From: an uncultured Actinomycetes bacterium
GTDB lineage: Bacteria > Actinomycetota > Actinomycetes > S36-B12 > UBA10799
Assembly: GCA_964547485.1 (NCBI GenBank)
Contig: CAZJNU010000003.1
Coordinates: forward strand, 18,752-82,751
Length of the DNA: 64,000 nt
Reading direction: 5' to 3'
Numbering within the stretch: position 1 is the stretch's first letter; each line of letters begins with the position of its first letter. The notes beneath the pieces were generated by a model, which saw only the letters and a list, made by a program, of their open reading frames with translations, was not told the DNA's origin and made no database searches. Below, one piece after another: positions 19,043-27,236 of the stretch. The position numbers were made by a program, and so were the translations under genes.

Positions 19043-19864
19043 ATGTCGTCTTTGCCCGAGGACATCAGCCAGTTACGCCCAGCGATGCACCAGCTCAGGG
19101 ATTGGGTCTACGGCGACGAAGTCGATCACCGTCTCTTCGCGGCCTACATGAAGACCGCCCATGACGTTGGCGGCGAACCGGATGCGCCGGTGAAGTACGT
19201 GGAGAAGGAAGAGGAGATCTGGGAACTCAACACGTTCATCACGTGTGAGGTTCTCGGGTGGCGAGGCATCTGGACCTCGGAGGAGCGCAGAAGACTCGGC
19301 AACGTCGATCTCGGGAAGACGCAGTACAGCGGACTGCCGTACTACGGTCGCTGGGTGCTCGCCATGTGCCGACTCCTCGTCGAGAAGCACCACATCACGC
19401 TGCGCGAGTTGACGGACCGGGCCGACGAGGTTCACCAACGGATCGAAGGTGACGACGCCGTCGGCAACCTGCAGGCCGAGCCCTCAGGCACTGGCGATGG
19501 CGCCGGCGTGAGGCGGAATGAGCACCACACCGACGCGATCGGCAAAGGCGACCCGCAGTGCTTCGCCGGGATGGCGGGCGACCCGCGCTTCTCGGTTGGC
19601 GAGTCGGTGCGGGTACGGACGATGCCCGCCCTCTTCTACACGCGGACCCCGGAGTACATGCGAGGTGTCACCGGGACGGTGGTCAGTTTGACGTACGAGA
19701 GCCTCGCCGCCGAGGACGAGGCCTTCGATCGCGAGGATCAACCCCCCGAGTGGTTCTACATCGTTCGCTTCAAGATGGACGACCTCTGGGATGGCTATGC
19801 GGGACCTGCCATCGACACCCTGCAGGCGGAGTTGGAGGAGCACTGGCTTGAGCCGGTGACGTGA
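19043..19864 (+). CDS. scnB: Thiocyanate hydrolase beta-alpha fusion (NHase-beta-like)
   Basis: The N half matches ScnB (HDVGGEPD.P..Y.EKEEEIWELNTF.TCE.L.WRG.WT.EERRR...YYGRW). The C half matches ScnA (GDPQCF.GMAG..F.VG..V...FYTRT..Y.RG.TG...YES.AAEDEAF). Confidence 0.9.
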   Translation: MSSLPEDISQLRPAMHQLRDWVYGDEVDHRLFAAYMKTAHDVGGEPDAPVKYVEKEEEIWELNTFITCEVLGWRGIWTSEERRRLGNVDLGKTQYSGLPYYGRWVLAMCRLLVEKHHITLRELTDRADEVHQRIEGDDAVGNLQAEPSGTGDGAGVRRNEHHTDAIGKGDPQCFAGMAGDPRFSVGESVRVRTMPALFYTRTPEYMRGVTGTVVSLTYESLAAEDEAFDREDQPPEWFYIVRFKMDDLWDGYAGPAIDTLQAELEEHWLEPVT

Positions 19865-19935
19865 AGACCACCTGAGCAGACCACCTTCGTTCCTAATCCC
19901 GAAGCCCTTTCGCAATCCCAGAGAGAGAAGCGTAG

Positions 19936-20658
19936 ATGACCGACTCGGCCGCACCCCACAACCACGAACATCGACCGCCGGCGCCCCAGGTGCACGAAAT
20001 ATCAGACTTCGAGGTGCTCGAGATCGCCTTGCGTGAGTTGGCGATCGAGAAAGGCCTCTTCACTGCAGAGGACCACCGGCGGTACACGGAGTACTTCGAA
20101 ACCCTGGGTCCTGTACCCGCGTCTCGGCTAGTCGCCAAGGCGTGGGTTGACCCGGACTTCAAGGCGCTTGCCCTCGCCGATGGACTCGCGGCAAGCCGCG
20201 AGGTCGGAGCCGACTGGCTGGACGCACCTCCCACTGGCTTCGGCACCCCGAGCGACTTCACGGCGTTCGTGATCTTGGAGGACACCCCAAAGCTGCATCA
20301 CGTAATCGTGTGCACCCTGTGTTCGTGCTACCCGCGACCCATCCTGGGGAACTCACCCGAGTGGTACCGGACGCCGAACTACCGCCGTCGCATCGTGCGC
20401 ACCCCGCGGGCGGTACTCGCCGAGTTCGGTCTGTTCCTGCCCGAGGATGTCGAGATTCGGGTCGAGGATTCGAACTCGAAGAACAGGTTCATGGTGCTGC
20501 CGGTGCGCCCAGCTGGCACCGAGGGATGGAGCGAAGATCAACTCGCCGAAATCGTGACCCGTGACTGCTGCATCGGCATCGCACTGCCAAAGCCGGGCGT
20601 GACGAATGACGCTCCTCGAGACGTTCAACCCGCCGTCAATCCCATTTCAGCCCACTGA
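19936..20658 (+). CDS. scnC: Thiocyanate hydrolase gamma subunit (Co-binding)
   Basis: EISDFEVLEIALRELAIEKGLF, PPTGFGTPSD, and VCTLCSCYPRPILG.SPEWYR.PNYRRR, the Co-type cysteine cluster followed by YPR. Confidence 0.93.
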   Translation: MTDSAAPHNHEHRPPAPQVHEISDFEVLEIALRELAIEKGLFTAEDHRRYTEYFETLGPVPASRLVAKAWVDPDFKALALADGLAASREVGADWLDAPPTGFGTPSDFTAFVILEDTPKLHHVIVCTLCSCYPRPILGNSPEWYRTPNYRRRIVRTPRAVLAEFGLFLPEDVEIRVEDSNSKNRFMVLPVRPAGTEGWSEDQLAEIVTRDCCIGIALPKPGVTNDAPRDVQPAVNPISAH

Positions 20659-20678
20659 AGTTCTCTGAGGGAGACAGG

Positions 20679-21044
20679 ATGTCGACGGACCACAACCCGG
20701 CAAACGCGAAAGTGCCGACACTCGAGCGGATCGTTGAACACGGCCAGGTGTGGCCGGATCTGATGGAGCAGTACGGCGTCGTGAACCCCACCCCGCCCTG
20801 GAAGTCGAGCCTCGACGGCATGTGTGATGCGCTCGACAAGGAGGCAACCGCGCTCCCGCTACTGGAGCGACGCGACGAGGAAGACCTGCTGTCCCAGGGA
20901 GTCTACGAGTCGTTGCCGTACCCGGAGAGCCAACTTGTCTCGCTGGCCCACTCCATGGTGTCCAGGGATCTCATTGCCGAGGACGAGTTGACTCGGCGAA
21001 TGGAGGAGGTCCGTGCGCGGCTTGAGGTCATGGACACCTGCTGA
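20679..21044 (+). CDS. SCNase activator/accessory protein (P15K / NHase-beta N-terminal-like)
   Basis: Immediately follows scnC. VYESLPYPESQLVSLAHSMV..DLI.EDEL..RM..VRARL resembles NHase-type activators. Confidence 0.75.
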   Translation: MSTDHNPANAKVPTLERIVEHGQVWPDLMEQYGVVNPTPPWKSSLDGMCDALDKEATALPLLERRDEEDLLSQGVYESLPYPESQLVSLAHSMVSRDLIAEDELTRRMEEVRARLEVMDTC

Positions 21045-22092
21045 GGAAAGCGGTTCGCAGGCGCCGACCGCCCGACCCGAGCGCAGCCCCCGGTTCCGAC
21101 TCGTAGCCGTCGGCTCGACCGTTGTGCTGCTGAACCTGCTCGCTTGGGGCCTGTATGCGGTGGGGTTGGCAGGCTCAAGCTCATCGGCCGGGATGGCCGG
21201 AGTCGGCATCCTGGCATTCGTCCTCGGCGTTCGACATGCCTTTGATGCAGACCACATTGCCACCATCGATGACTGTTCCCGACTGCTGGTGCGACGCGGA
21301 GAGCGGCCCCTCGGGCTGGGCCTCTTCTTCGCCCTTGGCCATTCCGGCGTCGTGCTATTCCTCGCCATAGTGGTGATCCTGTTCGCCGGCGCCGCCACTT
21401 CCGAAACCATGAGCATCGTGGAGTCCTTCGGCGGGAACCTGTCGGCAGCGGTGGCAGCGACGTTTCTGCTGGTTGTCGGAATTCTCAACCTCAAGGTCTT
21501 TCGATCCCTCTGGCTGGTCCGGACGCAGGCGCGCGCCGGTGCAATACCGACTGCGGAAATGGACGCCATGCTCACAAGGCGGGGGGTGCTCAGTCGGGTC
21601 TTGGGTCCGAGGATGTCCTCGGCGCTGGTCTCCTCTCCTCAGATGATTCCCATCGGGTTCCTGTTTGGGCTCGGCTTGGGAACGGCTTCGGAAGTGGCGC
21701 TGCTGGGGTTGTCGGCGACCTCCGCTGCCCAGGGCTCGGTCTCGCTGGCGGGGCTGATTGCCCTCCCGCTCCTGTTCGCAGCTGGGATGGCTCTCTTCGA
21801 TACAGCTAACTCGCTGATGATGGTGCACATGTACGGTTCGGCGACCCAGGATCGCCGCAGGGTGCGGTTCAACCTGGCGACCACCCTCACCACCGGACTG
21901 ATCGGAATCGCGGTCGGGCTCGTCTACCTGGCGGGTCTTCTGGTGGACCATGCTGGTGCGCAACTGCTGGCGCCCGTCGCCGCCATCGGGGATCACTTCG
22001 AACTGCTGGGATACGCCATCGTCACTGCCTACCTCGTGGTGTGGGTCACCACCGTCTTCGCCGGCAGAGCCTCGGGCCGAGCAAGTCCCTGA
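21013..22092 (+). CDS. NiCoT (HoxN/HupN/NixA) Ni/Co permease
   Basis: Signatures RHAFDADHIATID and GLFFALGHS, about eight TM segments. Start is uncertain. Confidence 0.92.
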   Translation: MRGLRSWTPAEESGSQAPTARPERSPRFRLVAVGSTVVLLNLLAWGLYAVGLAGSSSSAGMAGVGILAFVLGVRHAFDADHIATIDDCSRLLVRRGERPLGLGLFFALGHSGVVLFLAIVVILFAGAATSETMSIVESFGGNLSAAVAATFLLVVGILNLKVFRSLWLVRTQARAGAIPTAEMDAMLTRRGVLSRVLGPRMSSALVSSPQMIPIGFLFGLGLGTASEVALLGLSATSAAQGSVSLAGLIALPLLFAAGMALFDTANSLMMVHMYGSATQDRRRVRFNLATTLTTGLIGIAVGLVYLAGLLVDHAGAQLLAPVAAIGDHFELLGYAIVTAYLVVWVTTVFAGRASGRASP

Positions 22093-22108
22093 CGGAATCG
22101 GCTGATTC

Positions 22109-23482
22109 TCAGGCCCACGATGCGGGGACCGTATTCGTCGCGTCAACCACGTTCACGCAGTCGCTGCGATGCACCGTCAGGGTTCCGTCTCGCAGGCCCC
22201 GAGCCACGATCGCAACCGGTGCCATCGGCGTCGGAGAGCAGCACTGCGCCATTCGATAGGGCATGGCTTCCGCACCGGGGATCGTGACCGTTGCCTGGGT
22301 GGCGCCTTCGGGTGCCGGTGACTTAGGTCGCACCGGGCCGGGCTGCCCGACCGCGGGCTCTGCAGCTCGGGGGGACAACTCCGCGACATCGCGGAGTTGT
22401 CGGCGGATCTTGGTGCGCACGCGCGGCGTGACCACCCACCGCAACCAGTCGGCATTCGGACCCGCCCGCCGACCAACGCGCACCTCCACCGTGTCGCCGT
22501 CGCCCAGCACCGTTGACAAGGCCGCACCCTGACCGTTGATCCTGGCCCCGACACAGGTCGCACCGACGTTGGAGTGGATGGCGTAGGCGAAGTCGATGAC
22601 GCAGGCGCCGCGCCGCAGCACGATCGCCTGACCAGCCGGGGTGTACACGGTCACGTTGTCTGGCACGTCGTTGCCGGCGAGGACCGTCGACAGCCAGGCG
22701 GGTTCACCGTCACTGCCAAGCTTGTAGGCCCAGTGCGCCGCACGGCCGAATCTGGCGTCGTGGTGCATGCTGTCGGTGCGGATCTGCACCTCGACGCGTC
22801 TGGCATCCTCCGTGACGACGATGTGCAGCGAGGAGTACCCCGAGGCCTTGGCGCGCGCCACGTAGTCACGCCAGCCGCTGGCATCGAAGTCATGGCGCGA
22901 CGCGATACCCGAGACGGCCTCGTAGCACGTCGGGGTGTCTGCGACGACAAGCCGGACACCCAGCAGGTCATGGAGGTTCAGCAGGCGAGCGAGGTCGCCG
23001 CCGGATTTCGCCCACGCGCTCTGTGGCGACTTCACCCGATGCTCCACCTGCGTCACCTCGACGCCGGTCTGCGCCGCGAGGCGCGCGGCCACGCCGGCAA
23101 GCCAGTGGGACATCGCCGGGTAGTCGACGACTGCGACGATGCGTTGGTAGTCCATTGGCCGTTGCAGTCGAAAACAATGCTCACCGATGGCCCGGCTCAG
23201 GTCGTCGTCTCCGAGACGCTCGGCCAGGATCGCGTGCACGCCGGTCGCTACGTCCACGAGGCTATCCATCGTCACACCTGCGTCGTCGAGCATCTCGCGC
23301 AGCGGGGTGGGTTCACCGGCAAGGGTCGACGCGACACGGCCCAAGTGCTCTCGCAACACGTGGGGATCGCCAGCTTTGGCGGCGATGCTGGCAAGCATGT
23401 CCGTGGCCGCGAGTCGATCTCTGTTGAGCAGCAGGGTGCACAACTGTGCGTCGAGTGCGTCCTGGCCCGAAGCTGCGTTCAA
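22109..23482 (-). CDS. RelA/SpoT homolog: synthetase + TGS + helical + Zn-finger, no HD hydrolase and no ACT
   Basis: RVKS..SAWAK, HDLLGVR, DY....K.SGY.SLH, EVQIRT..MH..A..G.AAHW.YK, TGS (VYTP.G...DFAYAIHSNVG), CC..P...VHR.DC. Confidence 0.85.
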   Translation of the reverse strand: MNAASGQDALDAQLCTLLLNRDRLAATDMLASIAAKAGDPHVLREHLGRVASTLAGEPTPLREMLDDAGVTMDSLVDVATGVHAILAERLGDDDLSRAIGEHCFRLQRPMDYQRIVAVVDYPAMSHWLAGVAARLAAQTGVEVTQVEHRVKSPQSAWAKSGGDLARLLNLHDLLGVRLVVADTPTCYEAVSGIASRHDFDASGWRDYVARAKASGYSSLHIVVTEDARRVEVQIRTDSMHHDARFGRAAHWAYKLGSDGEPAWLSTVLAGNDVPDNVTVYTPAGQAIVLRRGACVIDFAYAIHSNVGATCVGARINGQGAALSTVLGDGDTVEVRVGRRAGPNADWLRWVVTPRVRTKIRRQLRDVAELSPRAAEPAVGQPGPVRPKSPAPEGATQATVTIPGAEAMPYRMAQCCSPTPMAPVAIVARGLRDGTLTVHRSDCVNVVDATNTVPASWA

Positions 23483-23796
23483 CGGTCTCTCGTTTCGGCG
23501 CCGATCCGTGCGTACCCGCTGAGTCTATCGCGGTCGACGCGCTCGGATTCTGTTGCGGAGGTGCCGGCCCGCCTCCTTGGACGCGCCGCTGTAGTTGCGG
23601 AAATCGCTCGAAAGGCACGTCGTCGCCGACGGGTGGCCCTCCAGTCGGAGTCCAGGTTCGTTGACACTCCCCGCTGCGAATAGCAGACTCGAATTAAGGG
23701 ACGAGCGACACGCAGGCGGGATCGCACAATCGCGCCCAGGCCACCTCGGAGTCGAATCCGGCGTGGTCGTGACACACGGAGTGGGAGGTTCTGATC

Positions 23797-24255
23797 ATGG
23801 CTAAGAACGGAGGCGGGGTCATCTTGGTGGGGGTGGATGGCTCACCCGCCAGCCTGGAGGCGCTCACGTGGGCCGCTGAAGAGGCCAAGATTCGCCGAGC
23901 GGAATTGCATGTCCTCAGGGTCTGGTCGCTGCATCTGGGCGGCACCAGCGTCGGCGGCACGCCAGCGCCGTCGTACGCCGTTCAAGACAGCGGCAAGGCG
24001 GCCAAGGCAGCTTTGGAGCAGTCGATCCGGGAGACGCTGGGCAAAGCTCCGGGGCTTGACGTGCGTGCCTCGGTGGCGCACGGAAACCCGGCGAAAGTCT
24101 TGATCGACACCGCATCGAAGGAGCGGGCCAAAATGCTGGTGGTCGCCAGCCGCGGCATGGGAGGCTTCAAGAAGCTGCTGCTCGGCTCAGTGAGTTCGCA
24201 ATGCGTCGCGCATGCCGCGTGCCCCGTCACCGTCATCCACCCGCGGACCGGGTAG
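23797..24255 (+). CDS. Universal stress protein
   Basis: ILVGVDGSPAS..AL.WA..EA...MLVVASRGMGGFKKLLLGSVS..CV.HA.CPV.VI. Confidence 0.95.
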   Translation: MAKNGGGVILVGVDGSPASLEALTWAAEEAKIRRAELHVLRVWSLHLGGTSVGGTPAPSYAVQDSGKAAKAALEQSIRETLGKAPGLDVRASVAHGNPAKVLIDTASKERAKMLVVASRGMGGFKKLLLGSVSSQCVAHAACPVTVIHPRTG

Positions 24256-24269
24256 CCCACCCGACGTTT

Positions 24270-24536
24270 CCGTCCACGGCGGTCCGCAACAACTTCGCAG
24301 ACGAGGTCGACCAGACCCACGAACGTGTCTACGTCACCCGCAACGGCCGTGACTTCGTGGTCCTACTGTCCAAAGCCGACCTCGATTCACTCGAGGCAAC
24401 ACTCGAGTTGCTGACCGACCAGGCCGCGCAGCAAAGGCTGGCCGACGCCGAGCGAGCCGTGGTCACAGGCGATCTCACCAGTGCAGCGGAGATGGCCTCG
24501 TTGATGGAGGAGCGTCGGCGCGCCAGTGGGGTCTAA
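24270..24536 (+). pseudogene. Phd/YefM (RelB-type) antitoxin, 5'-damaged
   Basis: VRNNF.ADEVDQTHERVYVTRNGR..VVLLS..DLDSLEATLELL.D. There is no in-frame start codon between the usp stop and this region. Confidence 0.7.
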
Positions 24537-24664
24537 GACCGACTACCTCATCACCCTGTCCCCGGGAGCCAGGCGTGCCCTGACCGACGAATTGCCAGAG
24601 GCCGCAGCCTTCGCTGCCTGGGAGTTCATCTCAGGTGCCGGGTCATCGTGCTGGATATCGCCAG
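24526..24664 (+). pseudogene. RelE/ParE toxin remnant with internal deletion
   Basis: YLITLSPGARRAL..ELPEAAAFAAWEFISG joins in another frame directly to RVIVLDIA. The central catalytic region is missing. Confidence 0.7.
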
Positions 24665-26392
24665 TCAGCAGCACTTTGACCGAGTGGCGTGTTCCGGCAG
24701 GTCCTGATGTTTGGAGGGATCTATTTGCTCCACCTCAGCAATGAAGGAGTCGAGGTCGATCTTGTGACCGTGCAACCACGTTCCGAGTACCTGGACGTGG
24801 TTGGTGAGGGTGCCTACGTCGACCTTGTAGGGGTCAGCGGACAGCTCAACGAAGTCGGCGAGTTTGCCCACTGCGATTGAGCCGAGGTCGTGCTCGCGGC
24901 GCAGATGGTAGGCCGCGTTGATCGTGACCGCTTTCAGCGCATCATCCACTGTCACGGCCTGGTTTGGTCCGTGAAGTTCGCCGGCCAAAGTCCTGCGGGT
25001 GGCCATGCATTGGATGTCCAGTAGCGGGATGGCCGGTGCCACCGGACTGTCGGAGTGGAACGAAATCTTCGCACCCGCCCGCACCGCATCACCGGCGGCG
25101 CACACCTGACTGCCGATCTCGGTGGCGAACAGCGCCCCGTCGAAGATGTCGTCTTGGTAGATGAACTGGTAGGCCGCCAGGGGTGTTGCCACACCCAATG
25201 CCACTGCTCGCCCGAACTGGTCGGCTCGACCGGTGGTCCAATGCTCGAGGCGCCAGCGGTGATCCGTCCCAAGCAGGCCGTGTCGGGCCAGCGCAGCAGC
25301 GTATCCGTCGAGAACGAAGTCAACGGCCACGTCTCCGTGCGCGTGGACCGCGAGTTGCATTCCGGTGGTGGCGAAGGTGTCTAGCGCCGCGTCGAACTGC
25401 ACCCTGGTGTAGTTCATGACTGAATCACCGCTTGGCCCAAGCGGAATCTGGGCGGCCTTCGTGGTGGCGTTGTCGAGGTAGGGGAACGACGCCGCCAGCG
25501 TGCCATTGAACGGCGTGCCATCGGACCACATCTTGATGCCGACTTTCCAGAGCCGGTCCTCGGCTACCTCCGACGTGAATGACTCCGTGCAGCTCGGTTC
25601 GGTGGCGGCGTGGTACAGCCCGACGCGGATGGGGCTATCGACGAGAGCTCCGAGGGCTTCGTAGGCCGGCGACATTGCTGAGGAGAAGGCGTGTTCGCTC
25701 GTGGTCGTGATGCCCGCCTCGGCCAGCTTTCGGTACCACCGGGCCGCTGACAGGAGTGGGTGCGGAATCGCCGCCGACTGCACCTTTCCCGCCGCCGCTA
25801 GCACTGCAGCCGGCTCATAGGCGCGTCCGTTCGAAGTGCCGTCGGCGTTCCTCCCGTAGCGCGCCGCTTCCGGATCGGCGGGCGGCTTACCGTCCGCCCA
25901 ACCGTTGAACGCGATCGTCGCAGAGTTGAAGTAGATCTCGTGCCCAGATATATCCATCACGACAGCCGGACGAGTCGGGAAGAACTCGTCCAGATCCGTG
26001 TTCGTCAGTTCGGGAGCACCCTGACCGGGGCGCTCCAGTCCGTAACACACGACGGGTTGACCCGCTGGCAGGGTCCGATCCAGGGTGCGCCACAACGCCT
26101 GGACGTCGGCGTAGGTGGGGTAGCCCTGGCTCCGAGCAATCCAGTTCGAAGGATCCTGGGTGTAGATGCCCGACAGCACCGGATGGCTGTGGGCCTCGAT
26201 GAACCCCGGCATTAGCACCGTGTCGCCAAGGTCGGTGACCTCTACGCCCGGTGCCGCGGACTGGCATTCGGCGAGCGTGCCAACCGCCACGATGGAGCCG
26301 GTCAGGGTGTCCACAGCTACCGCCTCGGCGCGCGGGCTAGCGGGCTCCATGGTGATGATGGAGGAAGCCTTCAGGATCAGGTCAGCGGTCAC
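24665..26392 (-). CDS. Amidohydrolase-3 (YtcJ-like) family metallohydrolase
   Basis: PGFIEAHSH, IKMWSDG, VHAHGD, RLEH, FHSDSPV, GSIAVGKLADFV. Confidence 0.92.
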   Translation of the reverse strand: MTADLILKASSIITMEPASPRAEAVAVDTLTGSIVAVGTLAECQSAAPGVEVTDLGDTVLMPGFIEAHSHPVLSGIYTQDPSNWIARSQGYPTYADVQALWRTLDRTLPAGQPVVCYGLERPGQGAPELTNTDLDEFFPTRPAVVMDISGHEIYFNSATIAFNGWADGKPPADPEAARYGRNADGTSNGRAYEPAAVLAAAGKVQSAAIPHPLLSAARWYRKLAEAGITTTSEHAFSSAMSPAYEALGALVDSPIRVGLYHAATEPSCTESFTSEVAEDRLWKVGIKMWSDGTPFNGTLAASFPYLDNATTKAAQIPLGPSGDSVMNYTRVQFDAALDTFATTGMQLAVHAHGDVAVDFVLDGYAAALARHGLLGTDHRWRLEHWTTGRADQFGRAVALGVATPLAAYQFIYQDDIFDGALFATEIGSQVCAAGDAVRAGAKISFHSDSPVAPAIPLLDIQCMATRRTLAGELHGPNQAVTVDDALKAVTINAAYHLRREHDLGSIAVGKLADFVELSADPYKVDVGTLTNHVQVLGTWLHGHKIDLDSFIAEVEQIDPSKHQDLPEHATRSKCC

Positions 26393-26445
26393 GCGCGGCT
26401 CCTAGTCGTCTCCCCGTTCACTTCTGGCGACACTACGGCAGCCGC

Positions 26446-26859
26446 CTACCGACCAACGTCCAGCGTGACGACCGTGACGGATTCGATCCCGGCGAAGTCG
26501 TCAGGGTTGCGAGTGAACACCGGAAGGTCGTTGGCCACCGCGGTCGCAGCGATGAGCGCGTCATACGCCCGGGCGCTGCTCTTACGGCCCGCAGCCCGCA
26601 GTTGCGCGGCGACACGACCAAAGGCCCGGGCGGCCCGATCGTCGAAAGGGATGGGGTCGAAGTCGGCCTCCACCTGTTGTAACACGCTCTGGCGCGCGAC
26701 TCGCTCCGCGGCCGTTCTCGCCACCAGCGGACCGACAGAGAGCTCGGCCAAAGTGATCGCAGACACGAAACACCGAGCGGGGAGCCCCCTCAAGTCGGTG
26801 AGCCCGCCGAGGCTAACGACGACGCTTGTGTCCAACAAGCCACGTTCGTGCGGGCTCAC
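26446..26859 (-). CDS. vapC: VapC PIN-domain toxin
   Basis: LLDTSV, ITLAEL, AYDALIAATA, TRNPDDF, with the acidic tetrad intact. Confidence 0.93.
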   Translation of the reverse strand: MSPHERGLLDTSVVVSLGGLTDLRGLPARCFVSAITLAELSVGPLVARTAAERVARQSVLQQVEADFDPIPFDDRAARAFGRVAAQLRAAGRKSSARAYDALIAATAVANDLPVFTRNPDDFAGIESVTVVTLDVGR

Positions 26860-27092
26860 AGATTGGGGTCCAGGATGTTATCGAGGTCGGTCCGCAGGTC
26901 CGCCAGATCGATCACAGGGATGGTGTGCCAACGCTCAACCAGAACGGTCGCCGGAGTCCCGCCTCCTGCGACGGGGCGCAGCTCGGCGACGGGCTTGCCC
27001 TGGCGCGTCACCGTCACACTCTCGCCGCGCATCACCGAATCAAGTACGTCACCGCCGTGATTGCGGAGGTCGCGAACGCTCACTTCAGTCAT
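26856..27092 (-). CDS. vapB: Phd-type VapB antitoxin
   Basis: MTEVSVRDLRNHGGDVLDSV.RGE.V.VTR.GKPVAEL, with a GTGA overlap with vapC. Confidence 0.92.
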   Translation of the reverse strand: MTEVSVRDLRNHGGDVLDSVMRGESVTVTRQGKPVAELRPVAGGGTPATVLVERWHTIPVIDLADLRTDLDNILDPNL

Positions 27093-27093
27093 A

Positions 27094-27123
27094 CTTTAAT
27101 GTCTCACGCGTGAGACATTAAAG
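27094..27123. promoter_or_regulatory. Perfect 30-bp palindrome abutting the vapB start (candidate operator)
   Basis: CTTTAATGTCTCACG|CGTGAGACATTAAAG. Confidence 0.8.
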
Positions 27124-27236
27124 CAATCTGGCGACGTGACTCACCAGACAGTGGGCTCTGCGGCGTTGCGGAACCGGACCGATGGGGCTTGATCTTCGCT
27201 ACTGTCGGGGTCCATGCGAGATCGCCAGCGCGACTG

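Noticed and set aside
19043-20658. Ordinary nitrile hydratase
   Set aside because: SCNase-specific segments (EKEEEIWELNTF, GDPQCF.GMAG, PPT.FGTPSD, YPRPILG) fit thiocyanate hydrolase better.
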